Origin: Candidatus Altimarinota bacterium
GTDB taxonomy: Bacteria > Patescibacteriota > Gracilibacteria > 1-14-2-50-48-13
Reading direction: 5' to 3'
Assembly (NCBI GenBank): GCA_046314355.1
Contig: JBKBWQ010000001.1
Location: 352,001-416,000, forward strand
Length of the DNA stretch: 64,000 nucleotides
The notes under the pieces were generated by a model. That model made no database searches and was not told the origin of the DNA. It worked only from the letters and a program-made list of their open reading frames with translations. Numbering within the stretch: position 1 is the stretch's first letter; the number at the start of each line of letters is the position of its first letter. The position numbers were made by a program, and so were the translations under genes. Below are positions 28,656 to 37,907 of the stretch, piece by piece.

Positions 28656-30794
28656 TTATTTTACGACAAATAATGTTGCTCCCATGGCTGGAAGGGAGTA
28701 ATTAATCTGATTATTTACTACAGTTATACTCTCAGCTGCTTTTATAGACAGTGAGGCTGATGTAAGCTGATATACATTTACCTGACTCATATTCTGTATA
28801 TTTTTGAACTTTGAACTTATACTCTGCGGACTGGAAGTTTTGTTTATGACTAGAAGATAATATTTATTACTACTATCACTAAATCCATATACTGAAAGAT
28901 CATGAGTATTCGGATTTGTAGCTAAGATAGAAGTAGTCCCTACTCTTGCACCTTTGCCGTCATAATTCAGAAACAGATCAAATGCTCCCTGAATATAACT
29001 ACTCTGATCAATCGTACTGAGCGGCCAATAATTTGCAGCGAATACACCATATTTTCCAAAGATCCCTAATACATCCGCCTGTGCAAGTGCTCCGGAGATG
29101 TGATTGGCTCCTCCATAATTATATTCAGTGAAAGACATTTTTGTTCCTGGGTATTTATTATCAATCTTACTCTTTATATAGGAGAGAAGATTTACAGGTT
29201 TATTCCCTAAATAATCCTTTGAAATCCAGCTGTCTTCCACATAAGTCTGATCCCACAGTGAGCGGGGAGCCTGAAGTCTTGCTTCGATTTCTCCTTTACT
29301 CTGATCAGCACCATTATTTTCAGTAATTCTTCGTCCACCACCTCGAGCTTCAGGATACCAGTGAAGATCCAATACATCCACTAACCTTTTTCCTGCCTGA
29401 TCTTCAGCAGTTTTCATAGCACTTAAAAAGTATTCTACATAGTTGCGTCCGTTCTTATCGGGAGCATCCTGTAGTGTTTCAAATTCATTGAAGCCGTAGG
29501 AAACTGCCCCAAATACTAACGTATCAGGCATGACGTCCTTGATCATCTTTGCAAATCTGATAGATCGTTCAGCAATCTCTTCATAAGTCACTTTCGCTGA
29601 ATGAACAAGAGGATGAGTAGAGGACCACAGTCCAGGCTCATTATCCAAGGAAATGAATATTTTTCTCCCCTGTGCCAACTGATCTTTGAAGGCAGCTTTC
29701 AGCCACTGCAGAAATAAATCCTGTCTCACTCCATTTGGATAAAAGCTATCCGGCTGAGCAAGATTTCTTATCCAGCGCTTATTGCTATCTAAGGCTTTAT
29801 CATAGACTAATCCATTCTTATCAGCAGAAACATAATCAACAATTGGAATTGTAATCAATGCATCAGCAGATTTTGCAAAGAACTTTAAGACTTGTTCTTT
29901 TACAGCCTGTCCTGGAGAAGTACTCTCGCTTAAATACCCGTCACTGGAATTCGGTCCCCAGTCCGTACCTGCATTGGAAGCATTATTGGTCCAGTTGTAG
30001 GCAGTCCAGCGGTTACCGCCAAGTCTAAATAAATTGCCCCCAGTCTCTAAAATATTGCTTCCATAAATATATGGAGAAATCTCTTTTCTGTCTTTAGTAG
30101 GATCCACTTCTATCACTAATCCTCCAGTTGGCACTGGATCGTTCACCACGGGATCAGAAGGTGAAATATTTTTTTGCAACATTATTCGATACATGAGTTC
30201 CGCAAGTTTTCCTCGGGTCATACCTTGAGCAGGGAAGACACGGTTACTTCCATCAGCATCAATGAGCTGATACCTCTTCGCGTACTGAAGATATTTTGCA
30301 AACCATGCGGACTGCTGATTCTGCACATCGGCATACATGTTTGCCTCTACGGCTATGTCATCAGTATTGATATTTGCAGAGATGAGAGCCATCTTTAGAT
30401 TCTCAACTAGAGCTACTGTCTGTGCAGGTTTAAAAGTACCATCATCATATCCTTTTATTATTCCCAGATTTTTTGCAGTGTTTAAGTAATCGCTGTACCA
30501 GGATCCAGCAGGAGTATCGCTGAATAACCAGCTGCCATTTGCATTTTGAATAGTAGTTTTATTTGCGAGTAGAATAATCTTGAGAGCTTCAACTCTATTT
30601 ACTGCATTACTTGGTTTGAAAGTGCCGTCAGAGTAGCCCTGGAGAATTCCTTTTTGTTCCAGGTATTCGATGGCTGTGTAATTTGGATGACTTGGGTAGA
30701 CGTCAGTGAAAGAAGCATTTACTGCGGATATATTTATTCCTGAAAAAATTATCAGAAATACTGCACCAAGTATTAGATTTTTAAAATATTTCAT
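28656..30794 (-). CDS. SLH-domain glycoside hydrolase family 44
   Basis: Signal peptide, three SLH repeats, ISPYIYG, RLGGNRWTAYNW..NASNAG, LDNEPGLW, LDLHWYPE, FTEYNYGG. Confidence 0.88.
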   Translation of the reverse strand: MKYFKNLILGAVFLIIFSGINISAVNASFTDVYPSHPNYTAIEYLEQKGILQGYSDGTFKPSNAVNRVEALKIILLANKTTIQNANGSWLFSDTPAGSWYSDYLNTAKNLGIIKGYDDGTFKPAQTVALVENLKMALISANINTDDIAVEANMYADVQNQQSAWFAKYLQYAKRYQLIDADGSNRVFPAQGMTRGKLAELMYRIMLQKNISPSDPVVNDPVPTGGLVIEVDPTKDRKEISPYIYGSNILETGGNLFRLGGNRWTAYNWTNNASNAGTDWGPNSSDGYLSESTSPGQAVKEQVLKFFAKSADALITIPIVDYVSADKNGLVYDKALDSNKRWIRNLAQPDSFYPNGVRQDLFLQWLKAAFKDQLAQGRKIFISLDNEPGLWSSTHPLVHSAKVTYEEIAERSIRFAKMIKDVMPDTLVFGAVSYGFNEFETLQDAPDKNGRNYVEYFLSAMKTAEDQAGKRLVDVLDLHWYPEARGGGRRITENNGADQSKGEIEARLQAPRSLWDQTYVEDSWISKDYLGNKPVNLLSYIKSKIDNKYPGTKMSFTEYNYGGANHISGALAQADVLGIFGKYGVFAANYWPLSTIDQSSYIQGAFDLFLNYDGKGARVGTTSILATNPNTHDLSVYGFSDSSNKYYLLVINKTSSPQSISSKFKNIQNMSQVNVYQLTSASLSIKAAESITVVNNQINYSLPAMGATLFVVK

Positions 30795-30814
30795 AATTCT
30801 AGGATTTAAGAATA

Positions 30815-33046
30815 CTAAAGATACTCCGCCAAAAACGTTTTCTTACTCTTCACCAACTCTGCCGGCGTCCCCTCAAACATTATATTACCACCCTTATCTC
30901 CACCTTCCGGACCAAGATCAATAATCCAGTCCGCTTGACGAATGATATCTACATTATGTTCAATGGTAATCACAGTATTTCCATCATCCACGAGACGATC
31001 GATAAGCTTATGAAGCCGGGTAATATCTGAAATGTGCAGTCCTGTAGTTGGTTCATCAAGGACATAGATACTTCCTTTTTTATGAAGTTCACTGGCGAGT
31101 TTAATACGCTGGCATTCACCTCCGGAAAGGGTACTGAGCGGCTGTCCAAGACTTAAATACTCAAGTCCCACATCATTGAGTGCCTGAAGTTTTTGTGCAA
31201 TTTCTTTTAAGTCAAAGAACTCATTTGCCTCAGACATAGTCATATCCAGGACTTCTGTAATATTTTTTCCATTATATTTGTAAGCCAGCACTTCATCCTT
31301 GAAACGTTTTCCTCCACAGACATCGCATGGCGTCTTTGCATCATCAAGAAACCCTAAATCCGTAGTCAAGAATCCAGCTCCCTTACAATTATCGCAGGCA
31401 CCTTTAGAATTGAAACTAAAAAGTCCTGCATCCACATTATTTTCCTTGGCAAAAGCCTTACGGATCACATCCATGATACCAATATATGTGGCAGGATTTG
31501 ATCTGCTGGAAGTCCCTACGGAGGACTGATCCACTACAATCGCATCAGGATGCTGCTTGAGAAATACTTTATGAATTAAAGAACTTTTACCTGAACCAGA
31601 GACTCCTGTCACTACAGTAAATACACCAGTAGGAATATCTACAGTTATATTCTGGAGATTATTCACATGAGCGTTTTTTACTGTAAGTTTTCCAGAAGGT
31701 TTCCGAACTTCTTTTTTGATCGGAGTCTGATCTTTTAAATGTTCTCCGGTAAGAGTTTTCGCTTTCAATAACTCAGAATACATACCTTCAAACACTATTT
31801 GACCACCTCCGACACCAGCCTTGGGTCCCACATCTACGATATGATCAGCAGCTTTGATAACGTCTGGATCATGTTCAACTACAATCACTGTATTTCCCAG
31901 ATCTCGAAGCTTCGCGAGGAGATCATTCAAGCGGTGCACATCACGGGGATGGAGTCCGATGCTTGGCTCGTCAAAGATATACATCACATCCACGAGACTT
32001 CCATTAAGATGCTTTACCATCTTCACACGCTGAGATTCACCACCGGAGAGGGTATCCGTCATCCGATCTAAAGTGAGGTATCCAAGGCCTATCTGCACAA
32101 GATTGGATAAACGCTCTATCACAGTTTTAATCAGTGCATGATTTTCCTTAGACTCAAAACCTTTTACTACATCGAGAAGTTTATCCACCTGCATGGAGCT
32201 TAAATCTGCAATATTATATCCATCAATCTTACAGCTAAGTGCCTGCTGACTAATACGTGCTCCATGACACATGTCACACGGTCCCATGGTAATAAAGGGA
32301 GCTACACTTTTCTGCGTACGCTCAGACATGGTCTTCACATCACTCTTGATATATTTACGTACAAATTTATCCACCACTCCTTCAAAATTCATTTTCATTC
32401 CAGCTCCCAGGTCAACTTTCACAGGCTCAGAATGATACAGAGCATCAAGTTCCTTTTGAGTAAAATCCTTCAGTTTTTTATCCTTATCAAAGAGGTCAGC
32501 TCCTTTCACAAGCTTCAGATACCAGCTGTCATTCTGATAATCAGGAAGCTTAATGGCACCGTCGTTAATAGACTGATCCATATCAAAGGCAGCGTCCATA
32601 TCCATACTCAGTTTTTGTCCAATACCGTTACAGTTCTGACACATCCCTGCAGGATCATTGAAAGAGAACATATTGGCAAAACCAACATATGGTTTACCAA
32701 AACGTGAATACATCAATCGTAGGGCAGTGGCAATATCCGTAACCGTCCCGACCGTAGAATGAGAACCACCTCCAAGACGCTTCTGATCCACGATTACCGC
32801 CATACTCAGATTCTTGATCTCGTCCGCCTCAGGCTGAGAGATACGGGGCAGGAAATTACGCACAAACATGCTGAAGTTTTCATTCAGTAGTCTCTGGGCT
32901 TCAGCTGCGATGGTATCAAATACGAGAGATGATTTACCGGAGCCGGAGACGCCGGTGAAGATGATAATTTTGCGTTTTGGGAGTTTGAGAGAGACGTCTT
33001 TTAGATTGTTTTGTCTGGCGCCGCGGATTTCTATGTATTCCTGCAT
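30815..33046 (-). CDS. UvrA-like (class II / DrrC-type) ABC ATPase
   Basis: Two TGVSGSGKSSL and two LSGGE.QR motifs, Zn fingers; 743 aa, shorter than canonical UvrA. Confidence 0.9.
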   Translation of the reverse strand: MQEYIEIRGARQNNLKDVSLKLPKRKIIIFTGVSGSGKSSLVFDTIAAEAQRLLNENFSMFVRNFLPRISQPEADEIKNLSMAVIVDQKRLGGGSHSTVGTVTDIATALRLMYSRFGKPYVGFANMFSFNDPAGMCQNCNGIGQKLSMDMDAAFDMDQSINDGAIKLPDYQNDSWYLKLVKGADLFDKDKKLKDFTQKELDALYHSEPVKVDLGAGMKMNFEGVVDKFVRKYIKSDVKTMSERTQKSVAPFITMGPCDMCHGARISQQALSCKIDGYNIADLSSMQVDKLLDVVKGFESKENHALIKTVIERLSNLVQIGLGYLTLDRMTDTLSGGESQRVKMVKHLNGSLVDVMYIFDEPSIGLHPRDVHRLNDLLAKLRDLGNTVIVVEHDPDVIKAADHIVDVGPKAGVGGGQIVFEGMYSELLKAKTLTGEHLKDQTPIKKEVRKPSGKLTVKNAHVNNLQNITVDIPTGVFTVVTGVSGSGKSSLIHKVFLKQHPDAIVVDQSSVGTSSRSNPATYIGIMDVIRKAFAKENNVDAGLFSFNSKGACDNCKGAGFLTTDLGFLDDAKTPCDVCGGKRFKDEVLAYKYNGKNITEVLDMTMSEANEFFDLKEIAQKLQALNDVGLEYLSLGQPLSTLSGGECQRIKLASELHKKGSIYVLDEPTTGLHISDITRLHKLIDRLVDDGNTVITIEHNVDIIRQADWIIDLGPEGGDKGGNIMFEGTPAELVKSKKTFLAEYL

Positions 33047-33248
33047 GGGGATTTTTAGAAGTTAACAATGTTTTAAGTTTAGCAGAATAAATGAAAGAGC
33101 AAAGGTAGAAAATATCGAAGTTAGGATATTTGATCAGAAATACAATAAGAAAATTTTCTCTAATGCTACTCTATCTTTATCTTAGAAAAGGAGTACGATT
33201 ATCCATACCTCAAGCAAAGGAACAATCTATCCTTATAAAACTCATACT

Positions 33249-34712
33249 ATGAAAAAAAATCATCTATTTACGCTCGTAGGCTTTTTAACACTTATGATTT
33301 GCAGTAATATCACGGTCAAAGCCGCAGCATTTCCTGATGTGCCAGCAGATCACCCTTATAAGGAGGGGATCACCTATGTACAAACAAACAATATCGTATC
33401 AGGATATCCTGATGGTACCTTCAAGCCTGAAGCAACCATCAACCGTGCAGAGTTCACCAAGATACTGGTCAGCGCACAATTCACCTCAAAAACAATTGAT
33501 GAGTGCATCTCTCTGAATGCCCCCAAGGATTCAGGCACCGTTTTCTTTCCTGATATACCGAAAGACACCTGGTATGCAAAGTATATCTGTGTGGCGAATA
33601 TTCACAAAATCATCAGTGGACACCCTGATGGTACCTTCAAGCCCGCGGATGCGATAAATTTCGCTGAAAGTGCAAAGATACTCAGCAATGCCTTTGGTTA
33701 CCCGGTCACTCATGATGCAGTCTGGTACAAACCCTTTGTAAACAACCTCGCGGCAAAGAATGCCATACCCACTACGATCACAGCATTCAATGATCAGGTA
33801 AACCGTGGAGAGATGGCTGAGATGGTCTATCGTTTAAAAGCATCATTGACTACAAAACCGTCCTTGGATTATGAAACACTCAATACTATGATGACGGTCA
33901 AAGTTTCCTTTACAACATCTCAGAACAACACCAATGTCGTTAGCTGCGAAAAAACCGAACAAGTAAGCAGGATTATACCCTATACGAGCATGCCGGCTAC
34001 AGCAGCGCTTGCTCAATTATTTAAAGGACCAACATCAGAGGAACATCTACGTGGGATGCAGGATTTCTGGATCACGCAAGCCACTTCCGACAATCTTAAA
34101 AGTGTCATTATCAAAAACGGTATCGCATATCTGGACTGGAAAGATATACGCGAGGTTATCCCAAATGCGAGTACAAGCTGCGGAAGTGCAAGTTTCTTGG
34201 AACCTATCGAAGCAACACTCAAGCAATTCCCGACGGTTACTAAAGTCATTCATTCTATAAACGGCGATTCAAAAGTATTCTACGACTGGATGCAGATAGG
34301 TTGTACTCCGGAAAATAATAACTGTAATAGCACTCCCTATAAGGTCTCAGAACTTCCGAGTTCATGCGTAGATCAAACAGATGGACTCCCTGTCATTACA
34401 TCCATATCACGTAGTGAGGCAAGAGTGGGCGATACGCTCGATATACATGGCTGTAATTTCTCAGGATTTGAAGGAGATCTCCACGCATGGATAGAAAATA
34501 GCGAAGGCGTAAAAGGTATACTGTACAGCGAAAGCGGATCCACTTCCAAACTCCTGCATGTCAGACTCAATACGCCGCTCTGTCAAACAGATAATTCATA
34601 CAGTGGCCTGCCTTGTGATAAAAAACTTAGTGTAGTGCCGGGAAAGTATGAGCTCTTTGTGACTCCTTGGGGAAGAGTGAGTAATATGGCGGATATTGTG
34701 ATCATGGAATAA
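33249..34712 (+). CDS. SLH-domain surface protein with GerMN-like and IPT-like domains
   Basis: SLH repeats (GYPDGTFKP, INRAEF); ALAQLFKGPT...IEATLKQFPTVTKV; PVITSIS...GCNF. Confidence 0.8.
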   Translation: MKKNHLFTLVGFLTLMICSNITVKAAAFPDVPADHPYKEGITYVQTNNIVSGYPDGTFKPEATINRAEFTKILVSAQFTSKTIDECISLNAPKDSGTVFFPDIPKDTWYAKYICVANIHKIISGHPDGTFKPADAINFAESAKILSNAFGYPVTHDAVWYKPFVNNLAAKNAIPTTITAFNDQVNRGEMAEMVYRLKASLTTKPSLDYETLNTMMTVKVSFTTSQNNTNVVSCEKTEQVSRIIPYTSMPATAALAQLFKGPTSEEHLRGMQDFWITQATSDNLKSVIIKNGIAYLDWKDIREVIPNASTSCGSASFLEPIEATLKQFPTVTKVIHSINGDSKVFYDWMQIGCTPENNNCNSTPYKVSELPSSCVDQTDGLPVITSISRSEARVGDTLDIHGCNFSGFEGDLHAWIENSEGVKGILYSESGSTSKLLHVRLNTPLCQTDNSYSGLPCDKKLSVVPGKYELFVTPWGRVSNMADIVIME

Positions 34713-34781
34713 ACTCATATCCGATGCGGTTTCAAGATCTTTAACTATGATACCCACATTGTCCATGCATTTGATTGCCAT
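34713..34781 (-). pseudogene. N-terminal remnant of a VOC/glyoxalase gene
   Basis: MAIKCMDNVGIIVKDLETA matches a VOC-family N-terminus; similarity ends at the 3' end of the SLH gene. Confidence 0.5.
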
Positions 34782-34971
34782 ATAGCATGTATTATTCAAT
34801 AGAAGTTTACACTCTGGCAGTTTCCTATCTAAAGAGAATATTAAAAGTAATCAATGTCCCAAGTATAATGATATAAAACTCTACCGGGAAATCAAAAAAG
34901 TTCTATCCCAATGAGATAGAACTTTTTGTGGCAATATTTCCTATACTTACAAGCAGATCTAAGATAGAGAA

Positions 34972-35601
34972 TTACTGTCCAAGATCAATTTCTGCACTTT
35001 CTTTATTAAACATTCCAAATCCGCCTACTTTCAAATGTAATTTCTGAGCATCCGCAGCAACATCGAATACAGTCGCATACTTTGTCTTTATATTAGGATT
35101 AAACTTATCAAGAAAATTTGCTTCATCTCCAAGAATTGAGAATTTTTTATCTGATTCACTAAATTTTCTTCCACTTTCATCAATAATCTCCATAGTCCCC
35201 ATATAATCAGCTTCTTTTCCAATATTCTCAACTTCAAAATCTACCCTGATAAACTTACCTTGAGTAGTAATTGCACCACCAAAGGACTGAGGGATTTTCT
35301 GTCCAAGATCAGCTACTTTAAGTACTTTGATCTTTAGTGTATCTACAGTAGTTTCCTCATTAACTCCTGTTATTTTTTTAGCTTCCTTCGCTTCCTTCTG
35401 CGTACCCTGTAACTCTACAGCGCTATCTTTTGTACCTTTTGAAGAGTTACCTGCATTTACTCCAATGACTAATACAATAAATACTAGAATGCCCGTAAGT
35501 ATTTTATGTCGCACAAACCAGTTTCTAAGGTCTGCATTGCAATGTTTACACCGGTTTGCATTGTCTTGGATCTCTTCTTTACATTTAGGACAAAGTTTCA
35601 T
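34972..35601 (-). CDS. Zinc-ribbon, TM and DUF4352-like protein
   Basis: CPKC...CKHC, TM helix, GKFIRVDFEVENIGKE...NPNI...VFDV. Confidence 0.75.
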   Translation of the reverse strand: MKLCPKCKEEIQDNANRCKHCNADLRNWFVRHKILTGILVFIVLVIGVNAGNSSKGTKDSAVELQGTQKEAKEAKKITGVNEETTVDTLKIKVLKVADLGQKIPQSFGGAITTQGKFIRVDFEVENIGKEADYMGTMEIIDESGRKFSESDKKFSILGDEANFLDKFNPNIKTKYATVFDVAADAQKLHLKVGGFGMFNKESAEIDLGQ

Positions 35602-35764
35602 AACAGTAAGCGAAAAAATAAATAGATACTTTATATGCAAAGTGTAAACTTTTTCTAGTAAAGTATTAATTTACATATCTAGCATCAAGGCGTCAAAAAA
35701 CAGTAAAAATATGACTGTACTGCTACAATCATATTGATTAAAAGAGAATATATTTTTCTTATTT

Positions 35765-36667
35765 TTATAAGGATCCAGTTCCTAATCTCACCCCATCACA
35801 AACAAAAAGAGCATCAGCAGTAAAACTTCCATCAGCATTTGGTCCACCAACCAGAGTTACTCTCACTCCTGTTTTCAAACTATTTACAGATGCAATACCC
35901 GCTGATGTATTCACTACCGTCTTATCTGTAAAATTAATAACCTGTTTTCTGCCTTCCTTCATTTCAAGTGTAACAGAGTTACTGCCTATACTAATAATTT
36001 CTCCATTGCCACCAGTACCGCCGCATAGATCAGTATTTTGAGAAGTACCGGCTACTGTATTAGGGCGGTCAGATGTAATTCCACCAGTATCTCTGAAATT
36101 CTGCGTTGGCTGACTCTGATGTAAATCCATAGCAACTAAAAGACCTATTATAAAAGTAACAGCGACCACAATAATACCCGAAGTAACTATATTTTTATAA
36201 TTCCTCGCAGACCACCACTTTAAAAGAAGGGTACTTATCCAATAACCAACCATCACACCAAGACCATTCAATATAACATCATCAATATCGAATATACCTA
36301 CATGCAGTAGTACTTGCATCGACTCAATAATAAGACCAGAGAGAGCTGCAAGAATAAGGGCTTTTTTCCATGTCATCTTCCGGTAAAAAAGAGGAACAAG
36401 AAATCCTATTGGTACAAGCAAAGCGATATTTCCAATCAAATTCAGCCCTCCGATAATCAATCCATTTCCACCAAGTACATAGTGAAGAATAGTCTTAAAT
36501 GGCAAAAAATTCGCAGGACGATCTGCCTGCGTTCCACCAAAGTTCAGCATGATTGAACCTACTTTAATCATTGGAACGTCTTTAAGTACCATTACTTTAA
36601 CGAGCAAGGCACTGTAAGCAAGGGTTAGAAAGGCTGAGATTATTTGGAAAGGGAAGAACTTTTTCAT
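35765..36667 (-). CDS. VanZ-family membrane protein with C-terminal DUF5666-like beta domain
   Basis: NFLPFKTI, GNIALLVPIG, IESMQ, FDIDDVILNGLG. Confidence 0.8.
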   Translation of the reverse strand: MKKFFPFQIISAFLTLAYSALLVKVMVLKDVPMIKVGSIMLNFGGTQADRPANFLPFKTILHYVLGGNGLIIGGLNLIGNIALLVPIGFLVPLFYRKMTWKKALILAALSGLIIESMQVLLHVGIFDIDDVILNGLGVMVGYWISTLLLKWWSARNYKNIVTSGIIVVAVTFIIGLLVAMDLHQSQPTQNFRDTGGITSDRPNTVAGTSQNTDLCGGTGGNGEIISIGSNSVTLEMKEGRKQVINFTDKTVVNTSAGIASVNSLKTGVRVTLVGGPNADGSFTADALFVCDGVRLGTGSL

Positions 36668-36729
36668 GTCTGTAGGTTATTAATTGCTTAAGTTCAGAGA
36701 TATTACAATCGTTCTGTTTTCATTTTTAA

Positions 36730-37371
36730 CTACAAATTTCTTTTCTTACTTTCAATCTCAATGAACTCCGGCAAATAATCGGGAGTACATCCTTTTGATA
36801 CGATTTGCCCCTTATAAAGACCTGTTTTCTCGCCGATTGCAATACAGCGTGCTCGGTATTTTTTATCATAGATTCCGATCCACCCCGCAGTGAAATTCAT
36901 TGCCCATTGCACTTCAGGCTCTTCCTTTTCTATTTGTTTTTCAATGGCAGAGAGTAATTCTTCGGTGTTTGAGGGAGGAGTTTGCCCCATCCAGCGTAAA
37001 CGTGCCTGATAATACCAAAATAGTCTCCTTTGAAGCGTAGAAGTACTGTTTTCCCAAGATTCCATCAGTGCTATAGTTCTCTTATCTTTAGAAAGTTGAT
37101 TTGCCATCAACCAGTCTATGAGTTGATTCCGTTCAAAAAATGTATGCTCCTGCATGTCCACAGTAAGCTTATCAATCACCTCTTGTGAAAGAAGCTTATT
37201 ATCTATAATCAAAATAGCCAATTGTCGGTGAAGAAATTGTCCAGTGGACCATAGCTCAATTGCCAGTTCATGATCTTTTTTGATACCCTTGGCAATTTTC
37301 CTTAGATCGCCGAGCTTGGTTTTATTATTGATCTGATCCAAGATCTTTTCGGCTTTTGAAGAGAGTTTCAT
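36730..37371 (-). CDS. DNA alkylation repair protein (AlkD-like HEAT fold)
   Basis: KLGDLRKIAK.IKKDHELAIELWSTG, VQWAMN, KGCTPDY. Confidence 0.85.
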   Translation of the reverse strand: MKLSSKAEKILDQINNKTKLGDLRKIAKGIKKDHELAIELWSTGQFLHRQLAILIIDNKLLSQEVIDKLTVDMQEHTFFERNQLIDWLMANQLSKDKRTIALMESWENSTSTLQRRLFWYYQARLRWMGQTPPSNTEELLSAIEKQIEKEEPEVQWAMNFTAGWIGIYDKKYRARCIAIGEKTGLYKGQIVSKGCTPDYLPEFIEIESKKRNL

Positions 37372-37612
37372 ATTGAACTTTAGATTGCTTATCAAGATAA
37401 AATAATTATGCCTGATATATCGGAAATTTAAAGTCCCTTTTAAGCTTATCTTAAACTTAATGCATCTAATAAAGAGTAATTACTCTAATTTCCTTCAAAA
37501 ACTATCCATGAGCTATCTCTACTTCTTTCTTAGTTTTCGGCTGCATCATTATTAAAAACAACCACTTAATTACTAAGTACTCTACACTAATTACTCAAAT
37601 TTTGAAAAAATT

Positions 37613-37643
37613 TATGGTGGACCGGAAGAGAATCTACTTGAAC
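37613..37643. repeat. Left attachment junction
   Basis: Core TATGGTGG plus ACTTGAAC (37636-43), which also occurs in the tRNA T-arm (47445-52). Confidence 0.7.
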
Positions 37644-37907
37644 TTCTTTGAAACAAGTCTACTACAAAATGAGCAGCTAAAAAACTTAAATACTGTTCTA
37701 AATTCAATATACACCTCTTCAGAGTATTCGACATCCCCTAAACTGACGAGTATATGCCTATAACTAGGAGTGTATGAACAACTAATTAATTGAGCTCTGT
37801 TTTTTTATAATTAGTACTACAATAGAGAAAATACCATTAACAAAGTTTCCTATTATTGGACAACCTTTCTTCTCTCTTTTTAACCATTAAATGATCTATT
37901 TCTATTA

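Noticed and set aside
30815-33046. Canonical uvrA
   Set aside because: At 743 aa it appears to lack the UvrB-binding insertion and sits among accessory genes, so it is called class II/DrrC-like with no gene symbol.
18201-37400. Integron cassette array (many short co-oriented accessory genes)
   Set aside because: No tyrosine integrase, no recurring attC-like RYYYAAC...GTTRRRY sites seen, and several genes have their own promoters or opposite orientation.
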